64,000 nt of DNA from Candidatus Latescibacterota bacterium (GTDB lineage Bacteria; Latescibacterota; UBA2968; UBA8231), in NCBI GenBank assembly GCA_965200315.1, contig OZ241362.1, positions 2,944,001 to 3,008,000 of the forward strand. The letters run 5' to 3'. Numbering within the stretch: the first letter of the stretch is position 1; every line of letters starts with the position of its first letter. Under the pieces are notes generated by a model. The model saw only the letters and a list, made by a program, of their open reading frames with translations. It ran no database searches and was not told the origin of the DNA. Both the position numbers and the translations under genes were made by a program. Of this stretch, positions 44,648 to 54,618 are shown piece after piece.

Positions 44648-45624
44648 GCGCGTTCAAAGACCTCTTCGATCACGTCCTCAATCGGTGGGTCCTCCACCGT
44701 CAGATCGAGGACGGGTTGCTCGCTAAGGAGCCGCCCGGTCACCTGCGCTGTCTCGGCCTTGGGCACTCGCAGCGATACGCGCCCCTCGCTACTGGCGACG
44801 ACCTCTCCGTAGCCGCCGAGATCGCCATGCCCGTTTTCTAGCTCGACGACAATCGTCTTGTGCGGTGAGAAGCGCTGCACGAGCTGGGTGAGCTGGCCGT
44901 CAAACAGCAGCAGCCCGTGGTGGATGACCACCACTCGTTTACACAGTGCCTCGACGTCGGCCATGTAGTGACTGGTGAGGAGCACGGTGGCGCCGTAGCG
45001 CTGATTGTATTCGCTTAAAAAGGCTCGGATCCGACGCTGCATGGTCACGTCGAGGCCGATGGTCGGCTCGTCGAGGAAGAGGACTTGCGGCTTGTGCAAA
45101 AGTGCGGCGGCAATTTCGCACTTCATGCGCTCGCCCAAGGAAAGGTTGCGCACGGGCTTGTCGAGGAGTGCGTCTAAGCCGAGAAGCGCGGTCAATTCTT
45201 CGACCGTCTGCTGGTACGCGCTCCGCTCTAGGCGGTAGATGGCCCGGTTGCGTTCAAAAGAGTCGAGTACCGGAATGTCCCAGATAAGTTGGTTGCGGTT
45301 GCCCATTACTAAGGTGATCTGGCGGAGGAAGTCGCGCTGCCGTTTGAACGGCTCAAAACCGAGGACTCGACCTTGCCCGCCGGAGGGATACAGGAGGCCG
45401 GATAGCATCTTGAGACTCGTGGTTTTGCCCGCGCCATTCGGGCCTAAGAAGCCGACGATTTCGCCGGGAGCAACCGCAAAGCTGATGCTTCTGACGGCCT
45501 CGACTTGGCGCGTCTGGCGGCGTACTAGGCTCTTGAGGGCCGCGGCCAAGCCGCCTTGGCGCACGGGCACGGCATAGGTCTTGCTCAACTCGCGGACATC
45601 AATGGCGGATGCTGACCGGGACAA
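44644..45624 (-). CDS. ABC transporter ATP-binding protein
   Basis: GPNGAGKTT, LSLGE, LFLDEPT. Confidence 0.95.
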   Translation of the reverse strand: MSRSASAIDVRELSKTYAVPVRQGGLAAALKSLVRRQTRQVEAVRSISFAVAPGEIVGFLGPNGAGKTTSLKMLSGLLYPSGGQGRVLGFEPFKRQRDFLRQITLVMGNRNQLIWDIPVLDSFERNRAIYRLERSAYQQTVEELTALLGLDALLDKPVRNLSLGERMKCEIAAALLHKPQVLFLDEPTIGLDVTMQRRIRAFLSEYNQRYGATVLLTSHYMADVEALCKRVVVIHHGLLLFDGQLTQLVQRFSPHKTIVVELENGHGDLGGYGEVVASSEGRVSLRVPKAETAQVTGRLLSEQPVLDLTVEDPPIEDVIEEVFERA

Positions 45625-45684
45625 AGGCTGGGTATCTCTCGCAGGTTGGAGGGGTCTGCCTTGGCGCGGGCGGAGAGGGCGGTG

Positions 45685-46293
45685 CTAAGCGAGGGGTTGG
45701 ACGCGGAGCCGAGCGCGGAGGGCGTCGAGGGGAAAGGCCGGGCCGGGGTCGACCTTGCGAGAGGGAGCAATTTCCTCGTGGCCGAGGATGTACTGGATGC
45801 CGTAGTGCTCGATAAGCGCGACGCAAATCGCCTCGACCTGCGCTAATTGTTCGTCGGTATAGCAGTGCCAATAGGAAGCCGTAGCCTGATTGCGATGTAC
45901 ACCGCGCACGACTTCGGCAGGCGGGTATGCCCGCCCGAACCACGACTCATAACGGCCCCCCCGTTCGCAAAGCTGGCCGGCGTTGTCAATCTCAATGCCG
46001 AGCGCATACTTGTTGAACCCGGAGCGCGTCCCCCACTCACTCGCGCCCGCGTGCCAGCCGATGATGTCGAAGGGCAATAACTGGGTCACTGAGCCGTCGC
46101 GGGCAACCACTAGATGGGCTGAGACTTTGTGTTTGCGCTCGCTGTCGCAGAGGGTGCGAATGGCCGATTCGGCACTGGCTGAAGCCGTGTAGTGAATGAT
46201 GATGGTGTCGGGTGCGCCCGGGGCGAATGGGCCGCCTTGGTTGGGCGATGCGATATAACGGACATCTTTGAGGTGGTGGTTGTCTATGTACAT
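45685..46293 (-). CDS. N-acetylmuramoyl-L-alanine amidase (Amidase_2, AmpD-like)
   Basis: IIIHYTA, SAH, WHAG, GIEIDN, GHEEIAPSRKVDPG. Confidence 0.9.
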   Translation of the reverse strand: MYIDNHHLKDVRYIASPNQGGPFAPGAPDTIIIHYTASASAESAIRTLCDSERKHKVSAHLVVARDGSVTQLLPFDIIGWHAGASEWGTRSGFNKYALGIEIDNAGQLCERGGRYESWFGRAYPPAEVVRGVHRNQATASYWHCYTDEQLAQVEAICVALIEHYGIQYILGHEEIAPSRKVDPGPAFPLDALRARLRVQPLA

Positions 46294-46332
46294 CCCATAA
46301 GAATCACCGAGGGACTAATAGCCGAGTGCCGG

Positions 46333-46385
46333 TTACATCCCGCGTTTTTGAGGGCAAGATGCCCTCGGTCCCAGCGATTGGGAAG
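46333..46385 (+). repeat. REP-like palindrome, copy 2, with shared flanks
   Basis: CATCCCGCGTTTTT-GAGGGCAAGATGCCCTC-GGTCCCAGCG, near-identical to 56421-56472. Confidence 0.8.
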
Positions 46386-46459
46386 AATAAACGGCGTTCT
46401 CTATTTTGGGTCAAGGAGAGATTTTTACATTCACGGTTGTGCTATATATTTATAAAGAC

Positions 46460-47629
46460 ATGATACCTTCTGCGTACTTGGCGGGTTACGAAAAAGCTCG
46501 CGCTCAAGACCCGGAAACGGCTGCCAACTATATCGCGCACACTACCTTGGGGGATCCAGAGGCAGATGCCGCTGTCGAGGCACTCGCGTCTTTGAGTCAA
46601 AGAGAGAGTGCCCAGCTCATTCAGGCGTTGATGGATCAACAGCCGGGCATTCTGCGCGACGCGCCAGAGCCGCTGCGGGAGCTTTTTGAACGGCTGGAGA
46701 CGCCCCCCGCGTGGTTTGACCCTGCGGCAGTCAACTTTGGCTGTCGCGCCTTCCAAGCCAACTCAGATCTCTTTATAGCGGCCTTCGTTGCAGCGGTCCT
46801 CGTAGAAGGCTTCACTACGCTGATCAGCAAATCGTTTTTTATTACGGGACGGCTGACTAGCCATGGGGTTCGGCGGCTGCAGCAAAACAATCGGCATCTC
46901 GTGGAAATTTTTCTGCCCGGCGGTCTCGAGCAACAGGGGGATGGTTGGAAGCTGTCCGTGCGCATCCGATTGGTTCACGCGCAGATTAGACGGCTGCTCA
47001 ATCACTCGAGCGAGTGGGACGCTGAAGCCTGGGGTGTGCCGTTGAGCGCGGCGCACATTGCTTTGGCGGTGGCTAATTTTTCGGCGAAACTGCTGAAACG
47101 GGCTAGCCGCTTTGGCCTTGTTTTGAACAATGAGGAACGCCAGAGCTTCATGATGATCTGGCGCTACACTGGCTATTTATTGGGCGTACCCGAAACCATT
47201 CTCTTTCGCGACGAAGAAGAGGCGTACAATTTTTACCGGATCGCCGACCTGTGCGAACCACCGCCCAATGTTGAGTCGATCGTTTTGGCAAATGGGCTGA
47301 TCAACTCGGCTCCTGTGGTGGCCGGCATTGCCGACCCAACAGAGCGGAGACAAGTAGTGAACCACATTTACGCCGTATCTCGGGCACTCATTGGCGATAG
47401 GCTTGCCGATCAACTTCACTTTCCCCAGCAACGGACGCGGGGCTTGCTTGCGTCTTTATACATGAAAAATCGCTTCTGGTACGCCGTGGGCGCGGTTTTT
47501 CCCCAACTTGCCCAAAACCGCAAAAAGGACAAGTTCTTGGGAGTGCTCAACATATCCGTGTACGACCAAGAGGGCATTGCATACAAAATGCCCGACAAAG
47601 TGGATGCAGAAAAATCGAGTGAATGGTAG
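46460..47629 (+). CDS. MpaB/Lcp-like (DUF2236) heme oxygenase
   Basis: GDPEAD, PAWFD, VRIRLVHAQIRR (heme His motif), WGVPLS, WRYTGYLLGV. Confidence 0.85.
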   Translation: MIPSAYLAGYEKARAQDPETAANYIAHTTLGDPEADAAVEALASLSQRESAQLIQALMDQQPGILRDAPEPLRELFERLETPPAWFDPAAVNFGCRAFQANSDLFIAAFVAAVLVEGFTTLISKSFFITGRLTSHGVRRLQQNNRHLVEIFLPGGLEQQGDGWKLSVRIRLVHAQIRRLLNHSSEWDAEAWGVPLSAAHIALAVANFSAKLLKRASRFGLVLNNEERQSFMMIWRYTGYLLGVPETILFRDEEEAYNFYRIADLCEPPPNVESIVLANGLINSAPVVAGIADPTERRQVVNHIYAVSRALIGDRLADQLHFPQQRTRGLLASLYMKNRFWYAVGAVFPQLAQNRKKDKFLGVLNISVYDQEGIAYKMPDKVDAEKSSEW

Positions 47630-47650
47630 TTAGTTGTAGATTGGTTTGCT

Positions 47651-47770
47651 GTGACAGAGTTCTCTAACCGTCGGCATGATTTAGACGCCTTGCGAGCGGC
47701 TGCTATGCTTTCGGGCATTGCTTATCACGCGGCGGGTGCTTTTATGGACGGGGGCCTTGGTTCGTTTTGA
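47651..47770 (+). pseudogene. 5' fragment of an acyltransferase-3 (OpgC-like) gene
   Basis: GTG-started MTEFSNRRHDLDALRAAAMLSGIAYHAAGAF, stopping after 39 codons. Confidence 0.7.
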
Positions 47771-48642
47771 GCGGAGTTGCAGCGGAGGTCGCGTTCTTCT
47801 TCGGCAGAGTGGCACAGGTATATGTCATGTGGGGAGGGATCGGACCACTCCTGCTTTGGCGATACCTGCCGAGTGCCAAGAAGTCGAGGCAGGCCATGCT
47901 GGACACATACCAGAGCATTTGGGAGACGCAGGCCGCGAGCGACGCACCGGAGGATGTTTACTTTATCGAGCGAGTCAAGAGGTTTTATGCCGAACATCCC
48001 GAACTCATGACAAAGCAAGACGCCATCGCTGCAATCGATTCCTTCTTGAGTGGTGCCATAGTCGCCATGGAAATCCCCATCGCCTTTCTCATCTTCCAGA
48101 TCGCGCAGAATGTAGAGTTGAAGCAGGCCATTGCCGAAGAAGCGGACACGGCCTTTGCCGATGGCCTGCCGACGTGCGATTCGCTGGGGCGAATGGACGA
48201 GCCGCGCCGCGCCGTCATGGAAGTACTGCGCCTGCATCCGCCGGTCCCGGTGGCGATCCGCTATGCTGCATCCAGCTTTGAGTTCCAAGGTTTCGGCATT
48301 CGAGCCGGTGAAAATTGCCTCGTTGCCAATGCGGTTACACACTTCCTGCCGGAGCTTTTTCCGCATCCGCATCGGTTCGAGATAGATCGCTACACTCCAG
48401 AACGCGACGAACACAAGCAGCCGTATGCCTACTCTCCCTATGGAATGGGGGTTCACAACTGCGTGGGTGAGCCTATGGCCTATGTGTTGTTTCTGCTTAT
48501 AACTGCGGTCCTGTTTCACCACTTTGACATTGAGTTGCGGCCTGCGGATCAGACGTTGAATATCACCATCTTGTCTCGGCCCAGCCCTAATAACTGCTTT
48601 CGCGTTGCCATTGCTGGGGAACGCCATTCGTTGCGCCCATGA
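47767..48642 (+). pseudogene. Cytochrome P450, N-terminally truncated
   Basis: EVLR (ExxR), PHRF, YGMGVHNCVG heme motif; only about 291 aa, in-frame stop at 47677 upstream, no convincing start. Confidence 0.75.
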
Positions 48643-49682
48643 TCGCGCAAACGGACGATCACGCCGCTGATCTCGCATGGCAGCGCACAATCCTGCAAGA
48701 TGTCTCGCGCACGTTCGCGCTCACCATTCCGCAACTTCCGTCGGGCCTGCGCGATGTAGTAGGCAACGCGTATTTGCTTTGCCGCATCGCAGACACCATT
48801 GAAGACGAACCGGCCCTGTCGGCTGGCGGGAAGCGCGAGTTTTCCGAGCGATTCATCCGGGTCGTCGCCGGAGAGGAGCCGCCCGCTCCATTCGCCGAGC
48901 AGCTCGCGCCGCGCCTGTCCGATAGCATGCTGCTCGCCGAGCGTCAGCTTGTGGCCAACACCCCCCGGGTGCTTAGGCTTACCCAAAAATTTTCCGACCA
49001 GCAGCGCGCCGCACTGGTGCGCTGTGTGCGTATCATGTCGCATGGCATGGCCGAGTTTCAGCAAAGCCCGGGCCTCAAGGGCCTAGACGACCTCCCCCAT
49101 CTCGACCGCTACTGCTACCACGTGGCCGGTGTAGTCGGCGAGATGCTCACCGAGCTGTTCTGCGACTATTCGGCGGAAATAGACCGGCAGCGCGAGAAGC
49201 TGATGCAGCTCGCGGTGTCGTTTGGCCAGGGTTTGCAGATGACCAACATCCTCAAGGACATTTGGGACGACCGGGCGCGCGGTGCGTGCTGGCTGCCGCG
49301 AGACGTGTTTGAGCAGGCCGGGTTCGACCTGCGCTCGCTCGAGGCCGACCGGACGAATCCCGCGTTCCGCCCGGCACTGAGCAAACTGATCGGCTTGGCC
49401 CGGATGCACCTCGGCCATGCGCTGGCGTTCACATTGCTCATCCCCGGGCGCGAAACCGGCATTCGCCGATTCTGTCTTTGGGCCTTGGGCATGGCCGTGC
49501 TGACGTTGCGCCGCATCCACACCCACGCGGATTTTACCAGCGGGCAGCAGGTCAAAATTTCGCGGCGCAGTGTGTGGGCAACCGTGATCGTGACCAGCCT
49601 TGCGGCGCACAGCGACGTTATGCTCAAAGCACTGTTTGCGCGGTTTACGCGCAGTCTGCCCTCACATGTAGAGGCGGCCTGA
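48639..49682 (+). CDS. Squalene/phytoene synthase family protein (squalene synthase-like)
   Basis: VSRTFALTI, CRIADTIED, YCYHVAGVVG, LQMTNILKDIWDD. Confidence 0.9.
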   Translation: MIAQTDDHAADLAWQRTILQDVSRTFALTIPQLPSGLRDVVGNAYLLCRIADTIEDEPALSAGGKREFSERFIRVVAGEEPPAPFAEQLAPRLSDSMLLAERQLVANTPRVLRLTQKFSDQQRAALVRCVRIMSHGMAEFQQSPGLKGLDDLPHLDRYCYHVAGVVGEMLTELFCDYSAEIDRQREKLMQLAVSFGQGLQMTNILKDIWDDRARGACWLPRDVFEQAGFDLRSLEADRTNPAFRPALSKLIGLARMHLGHALAFTLLIPGRETGIRRFCLWALGMAVLTLRRIHTHADFTSGQQVKISRRSVWATVIVTSLAAHSDVMLKALFARFTRSLPSHVEAA

Positions 49683-49784
49683 CGTTGCGGCCCCAGTGCT
49701 GGGGTCGGACTGCTGGGCACTTAGCAGACGGCGGTGCTGTTTTTTATCTTTTAGCCGCCATCAAATTCTCGGAGAAATTTCACC

Positions 49785-51005
49785 ATGCAGTTTGATCTCA
49801 TACTCAAGGGCGGTCATCTGATCGACCCCCAAAACAGCATTGACGCGCCCAAGGACATCGGCATCACGGGAAAGGTGATCGCGGCCGTAGATGCGGACTT
49901 ACCGACCGAAAGTGCCGGGCAGGTCATTGACGTGAGCGGACTCTACGTGACGCCGGGGCTGGTCGATATCCACATCCACGCCTATGCCACGGCCGGCCAC
50001 CGCGACACTTGGGCCGGCGACAATAGCATCTTGCCCGACGGCTTTAGTTTCCGCACCGGAGTGACGACGCTGGTGGACACCGGCAGCGCAGGCTGGCGCA
50101 ACTTTGCGGATTTTCGCTATCGGGTAATCGACCGCTGCCAGACGCGGCTTTTCGCGCTGGTCAATATCGCCGGCACCGGGATGACGTCAATTGACCACGA
50201 GCAGAATCCGTACGACATGGATCCCGACAAGACAGCGGGCGTGGCGCGAGAAAACGAAGACGTAGTCGTCGGTATCAAGACGGCTCACTACATAGGCCCC
50301 GAATGGATTTCGGTCGACCGCACGCTCGCGGCCGCGGAGAAAGCCGCGACGCGGGTGATGATCGACTTTGGCTACTTCAGAAAAGAGCGGCCCTACTACC
50401 AGCTCTTGGGCGAAAAACTGCGCCCGGGCGACATAAGCACCCACATCTTCCGCGGGCCGACGCCGTGGTTTGACGCCGAGGGCAAGGTGCTGCCCTACCT
50501 GTACGAGGCGCGGGCAAGAGGCATCGTCTTGGATGTGGGGCACGGTGGTGGCAGTTTTTGTTTCCGCAACGCGGTCCCAGCCATCGCCCAAGGCTTCTAC
50601 CCAGACTCGATTTCGACCGACCTGCACGCCCTCTGCATGAATATGGGTATGCTCGATATGGCGACGACCATGTCGAAGTTTCTGGTGATGGGCATGCCGC
50701 TCGGCGAGGTCATCCGCACCTCAACCATCAACCCGGCGCGGGAGATTGGCCACCCCGAGTTAGGCCATCTGTCGGTGGGTGCCGTGGCCGATGTGGCGGC
50801 CTTGAAGCTGATGGAAGGAGAATTTGGCTACGCCGATTCTTTCGACGGCCGGTTGGCCGGCCATCAGCGGCTGTTTTGCGAGCTGACCGTCAAGGATGGC
50901 GAAGTGGTCTGGGATTGGAATGGCCGGGCGGGAATTGACTACCCCGAACTCGGCGACAGCTATGGGATCCGCGAGGGCGAGTACTTGATACTGCCGCCGG
51001 AGTAA
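49785..51005 (+). CDS. Amidohydrolase/deacetylase (dihydroorotase-like)
   Basis: PGLVDIHIH, GIK, DVGHGGGSF, ISTDLH. Confidence 0.88.
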   Translation: MQFDLILKGGHLIDPQNSIDAPKDIGITGKVIAAVDADLPTESAGQVIDVSGLYVTPGLVDIHIHAYATAGHRDTWAGDNSILPDGFSFRTGVTTLVDTGSAGWRNFADFRYRVIDRCQTRLFALVNIAGTGMTSIDHEQNPYDMDPDKTAGVARENEDVVVGIKTAHYIGPEWISVDRTLAAAEKAATRVMIDFGYFRKERPYYQLLGEKLRPGDISTHIFRGPTPWFDAEGKVLPYLYEARARGIVLDVGHGGGSFCFRNAVPAIAQGFYPDSISTDLHALCMNMGMLDMATTMSKFLVMGMPLGEVIRTSTINPAREIGHPELGHLSVGAVADVAALKLMEGEFGYADSFDGRLAGHQRLFCELTVKDGEVVWDWNGRAGIDYPELGDSYGIREGEYLILPPE

Positions 51006-51011
51006 GCATTC

Positions 51012-51824
51012 GTGAGCACCGCTGCCGAACGCGATTATTTGTTGAGGACCGACGACGAGGAACTGCGCCGCCTGCAAGCACAGCACGACACGTGGCACCC
51101 CGAGACCGCAGACTTGTGGGAGCGTGCCGATTTCAGGATCGGGCAGGCGATTCTCGATCTAGGTTGTGGACCGGGCTTTACCAGTCTAGAACTAGCCGAG
51201 CGCGTGGGGACCGAGGGGCGCGTTTTGGCGGTTGATGGATCGCCGAAGTTCGCGGATTTTCTCCGACACCGCGTTGCGTCAGCCGGCTTGCAGCAAGTCG
51301 AGGTCGCCGTAGCGGATGTCCGCTATCTCGACCTGCCAACCGCTTCTATGGACGCTGCGTTTGCCCGCTGGTTGTTCTGTTTCATAGAGGAGCCGCAAGG
51401 GGTGATAGAGCGGGTAGCGAGAGTGTTGCGAACGGGCGGCCGCTTAGTGGTTGTGGATTACTGCGCTTATGGGGCGTTTGTCGCCCGGATTGAGTATCCT
51501 CACTTGCGGCGAGTGTTGCAGGGAGTCCATGAGAGTTTTGGCGAGCGGTTGGATATAGGCGGGAAGCTGCCGGAGCTAATGGCGCGTGGCGGTTTGGAGG
51601 CCGTGGAGGTCGTCCCCATCGGCGGTATTGCCCGCCCCGGCAACCGCCTCTGGTGCTGGATAGAGCAGTTCCTGCGCGTGTATCTGCCCGAGCTTGTGGC
51701 GCGTGGCGTTTTGCGCGAGGAAGAGTGTGCAGCGCACTGGAAAGAGTGGCAGGCAAACGCCCGCGACCCGTACGCTAGCATTTCATCGCCGCCCATGGTT
51801 GGCGTGATAGGTGTCAAGGTCTGA
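51012..51824 (+). CDS. Class I SAM-dependent methyltransferase
   Basis: LDLGCGPG motif. Confidence 0.88.
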   Translation: MSTAAERDYLLRTDDEELRRLQAQHDTWHPETADLWERADFRIGQAILDLGCGPGFTSLELAERVGTEGRVLAVDGSPKFADFLRHRVASAGLQQVEVAVADVRYLDLPTASMDAAFARWLFCFIEEPQGVIERVARVLRTGGRLVVVDYCAYGAFVARIEYPHLRRVLQGVHESFGERLDIGGKLPELMARGGLEAVEVVPIGGIARPGNRLWCWIEQFLRVYLPELVARGVLREEECAAHWKEWQANARDPYASISSPPMVGVIGVKV

Positions 51825-51856
51825 GGGCCGCTGGCCGTATGTAAGGAAAACATCCG

Positions 51857-52297
51857 GTGAAAATTATCGTTACGTTTTTGTTGATCGCGGTATTTGGATG
51901 TGCAAAAGAGCATACCGGCGACCCCATCGTTGTGCGCGACGCTTGGATCCGCGAGCCACCCCCGCGCAGCCCGGCCGCTGGTTATTTGATTATTGAAAAC
52001 CGGGGCGGCGAATCCGTCGCATTGGTCGCCGTGGCAACCGAAGCCGCCGAGCATACCGAGATACACATAATGGAATACAAAGACGACCGGATGACGATGC
52101 GCCAAGTCGCAGAGCTACAGATTCCAGCGGGCGAAGAGGTTGCCCTGAAGCCGGGCGGTGCCCACCTGATGCTGATGGAACTGCGCCAACCACTGCGGGA
52201 TGGCGATGGGGTGGAGTTGGTGCTGCGCTTTGGCGACGGAACGGAACGGCGTGTGCTGGTGCCGGTGCAAAAGAAAGGTCTTTATGAGAACGAGTGA
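51857..52297 (+). CDS. Copper chaperone PCu(A)C
   Basis: Lipobox VFGC; EIHIM...M...PGGAHLML. Confidence 0.92.
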   Translation: MKIIVTFLLIAVFGCAKEHTGDPIVVRDAWIREPPPRSPAAGYLIIENRGGESVALVAVATEAAEHTEIHIMEYKDDRMTMRQVAELQIPAGEEVALKPGGAHLMLMELRQPLRDGDGVELVLRFGDGTERRVLVPVQKKGLYENE

Positions 52298-52895
52298 CGC
52301 GCTGGTCTGTTGCGCGGTGTTTGCACTGCTCGCAGCTTGCGGTGCGCAGCCAGAGGCCCCAAAAGAATCCGCCCCGGTGGAGGTCCCCTCGTTGCAGGAT
52401 TTCGGCGGCATTGGCGGCGACTTCGCGCTCGTGGATCAGCACGGTGCGCCCTTTGAGTTGCAAGGTTTGCGCGGTCAGGCCGCCATGCTCTTCTTCGGGT
52501 ACACCTATTGCCCCGACATCTGCCCAGTGACCCTGTCGAAGATGGGCCGCGTCTATCAACTCTTAGACGAGCGCCAGCAGGAGTTGACGACCCTCTTCGT
52601 CACCGTTGATCCCCAGCGCGATACGCAGGATAAGCTGGCGGAATACCTCGACTACTTCGCCATTGATGCGATTGGTCTGCGCGGCGACAAGGAGGAAATT
52701 GACCAAGTGGTGCGTCAGTATGGTGCTCATTACTCCCTCGGAGAGGAGCAGGACGCTTACTTAGTCGATCATTCGACCTATACTTACCTGATTGATCAGC
52801 AGGGCAAGGTGCGGTTCCTGTTCCGCCAGAGCGACGGCCCAGAGCTGATGGCCGCGGTAGCCGAGCAACTCTTCGCCGAGGAAGAAAAGCCATGA
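52284..52895 (+). CDS. SCO family copper protein
   Basis: Lipobox LAAC; FGYTYCPDICP, VDPQRD, DHS. Confidence 0.93.
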   Translation: MRTSDALVCCAVFALLAACGAQPEAPKESAPVEVPSLQDFGGIGGDFALVDQHGAPFELQGLRGQAAMLFFGYTYCPDICPVTLSKMGRVYQLLDERQQELTTLFVTVDPQRDTQDKLAEYLDYFAIDAIGLRGDKEEIDQVVRQYGAHYSLGEEQDAYLVDHSTYTYLIDQQGKVRFLFRQSDGPELMAAVAEQLFAEEEKP

Positions 52896-53050
52896 AAAAC
52901 GTCTTGTACAAAATAATCAAGGTCGTCCACGCCCTACTCTGGTTTCCGCTCAGTCCGCTCATCGGCCCGGATTTTCCGCAGTGCTTTCTGTTTAGAGGCC
53001 GGCGAAAGTCTGCGCGGGCCAAGCAGACGTCGACTCAGACCAAGCCGTAG
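52892..53050 (+). CDS. Small hypothetical protein (52 aa)
   Basis: ATGA overlap with the SCO stop; MKNVLYKIIKVVHALLWFPLSPLIGPDFPQCFLFRGRRKSARAKQTSTQTKP. Confidence 0.5.
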   Translation: MKNVLYKIIKVVHALLWFPLSPLIGPDFPQCFLFRGRRKSARAKQTSTQTKP

Positions 53051-53101
53051 CCGGCGTTCTAGTTTCATCCGCACAGCATCCCCAAGGAATCCACGCCAAC
53101 C

Positions 53102-54511
53102 ATGCAGCGACCGAATATCCTCATACTCTACACGGATCAGCAGCGGTGGGATGCCCTCGGCGTCAACGGCAACTCCGAAATCCACACGCCGCACTTGGAC
53201 CGGCTCGCGGCTACCGGGGTAAACTTCGACCACTGCTTTGTGCAGAATCCGGTCTGCATGCCCAGCCGCGTGAGCTTTCTCACCGGACAGTATCCATCCA
53301 CGCTAGGGATTTCGCACATGGGCGTACCCGTGCCCGCGGACGCGCCGACCTTGCCGCGCCTGCTGTGCAACTACGGCTATTGCAGCGGCCAGATTGGCAA
53401 GCTGCACTTTCTACCGCACGCCAACCGCGACCACCGCGAGCCCTATCCCGACTACGGCTTCGACCACTTGGAAATCTCGGACGAGCCGGGTTCCTACCAC
53501 GACGCCTATCGCGCTTGGGTGGCGGCGCAAGCCCCCGAGCAACTCGACCACATCAGCCTCGGCGAGGCGCCCAGTTCAATTGAGTGGAAGCGGATTATGA
53601 ACGTCCGCGACGGGATCGCGCATCCAGCAGAGCGCTTTGTCAAGTGCGCCTTGGCTAGCCGCTGCCGCAGCGACCTGACCCACACGGCGTTTGTCGCCGA
53701 GCAGACCATGGAGTTTTTGGTGCGCCACCGGGACGGCCCTTTTCTCTGCGTCGCCGGCTTCTATTCACCGCACGATCCGTGGGTGGCCCCCCGAGAGTTC
53801 CTCGATCTCTACGACCCAGCCGCTCTGACGCTGCCGCCCTTCCCTCCGGCTCTCGACGCCCGCCGAGGCCCACAGCACTTTTCCGACGACGAGTTGCGAT
53901 CTGCTCGCCACGGCTATTACGCCATGGTGTCCGAGGTCGATCACCACGTCGGCCGCATCCTCGACCGGCTAGACGGGCTCGGCATTGCGGACAACACCAT
54001 CGTCGTCTTCACGTCCGATCACGGCGAGTGGCTCGGCGAACATCTGCGCTACGGCAAGGGCTACCCCGGGCACGATGCGGTCACGCGAGTGCCCCTGCTG
54101 ATGCGCTGGCCTGCCGGAGCAAGTGCTGGTGGACGTTGCTCTCGCATCGTCGAAGCATTAGACGTGGTGCCGACGCTGCTGGAAGCCGCCGCAATTCAGC
54201 GGCCAGCGGTATTGCAAGGCAGCTCTCTGCTGGCCGATCTGCGCGGTGAGGAGGGTGCTGGCCCCGGCTGCGCCATCACGGAAATGACCCAGCCCGAGCG
54301 ACATTGGAAAACGCTGCGCGTGGAGGGGTTGCGCTACGTGGTGGATGCGGCCGGAGCCGAGGCCCTCTTCGACTTGGAGCGCGACCCACGGGCCTATCGG
54401 GACGTGGCGGGCGAGAGCGCATACGCCGATCGCTTGCAAGCGGTCCGCAAGCAGCTACTGGAGCGGCTGCTAGAGCGCGAACGGCCGCTGCCGAGGCAGT
54501 GGACGTACTAG
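53102..54511 (+). CDS. Formylglycine-dependent sulfatase
   Basis: PNILILYTDQ, CMPSR, GKLH, SDHG. Confidence 0.93.
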   Translation: MQRPNILILYTDQQRWDALGVNGNSEIHTPHLDRLAATGVNFDHCFVQNPVCMPSRVSFLTGQYPSTLGISHMGVPVPADAPTLPRLLCNYGYCSGQIGKLHFLPHANRDHREPYPDYGFDHLEISDEPGSYHDAYRAWVAAQAPEQLDHISLGEAPSSIEWKRIMNVRDGIAHPAERFVKCALASRCRSDLTHTAFVAEQTMEFLVRHRDGPFLCVAGFYSPHDPWVAPREFLDLYDPAALTLPPFPPALDARRGPQHFSDDELRSARHGYYAMVSEVDHHVGRILDRLDGLGIADNTIVVFTSDHGEWLGEHLRYGKGYPGHDAVTRVPLLMRWPAGASAGGRCSRIVEALDVVPTLLEAAAIQRPAVLQGSSLLADLRGEEGAGPGCAITEMTQPERHWKTLRVEGLRYVVDAAGAEALFDLERDPRAYRDVAGESAYADRLQAVRKQLLERLLERERPLPRQWTY

Positions 54512-54546
54512 ACCTCGGCAATCGAATCAACGGCCGCAAAAGCGCG

Positions 54547-54575
54547 GGAATGAATCGCGGCGGTGGGGTGTCTAA
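54547..54575 (+). promoter_or_regulatory. Candidate ECF (sigmaE-like) promoter
   Basis: GGAATGA-N16-GTCTAA upstream of a periplasmic helical protein. Confidence 0.3.
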
Positions 54576-54618
54576 TTCGCCGTAGTGTCTCTCAAACTTT
54601 TACAAGGAGAACCGTGAG

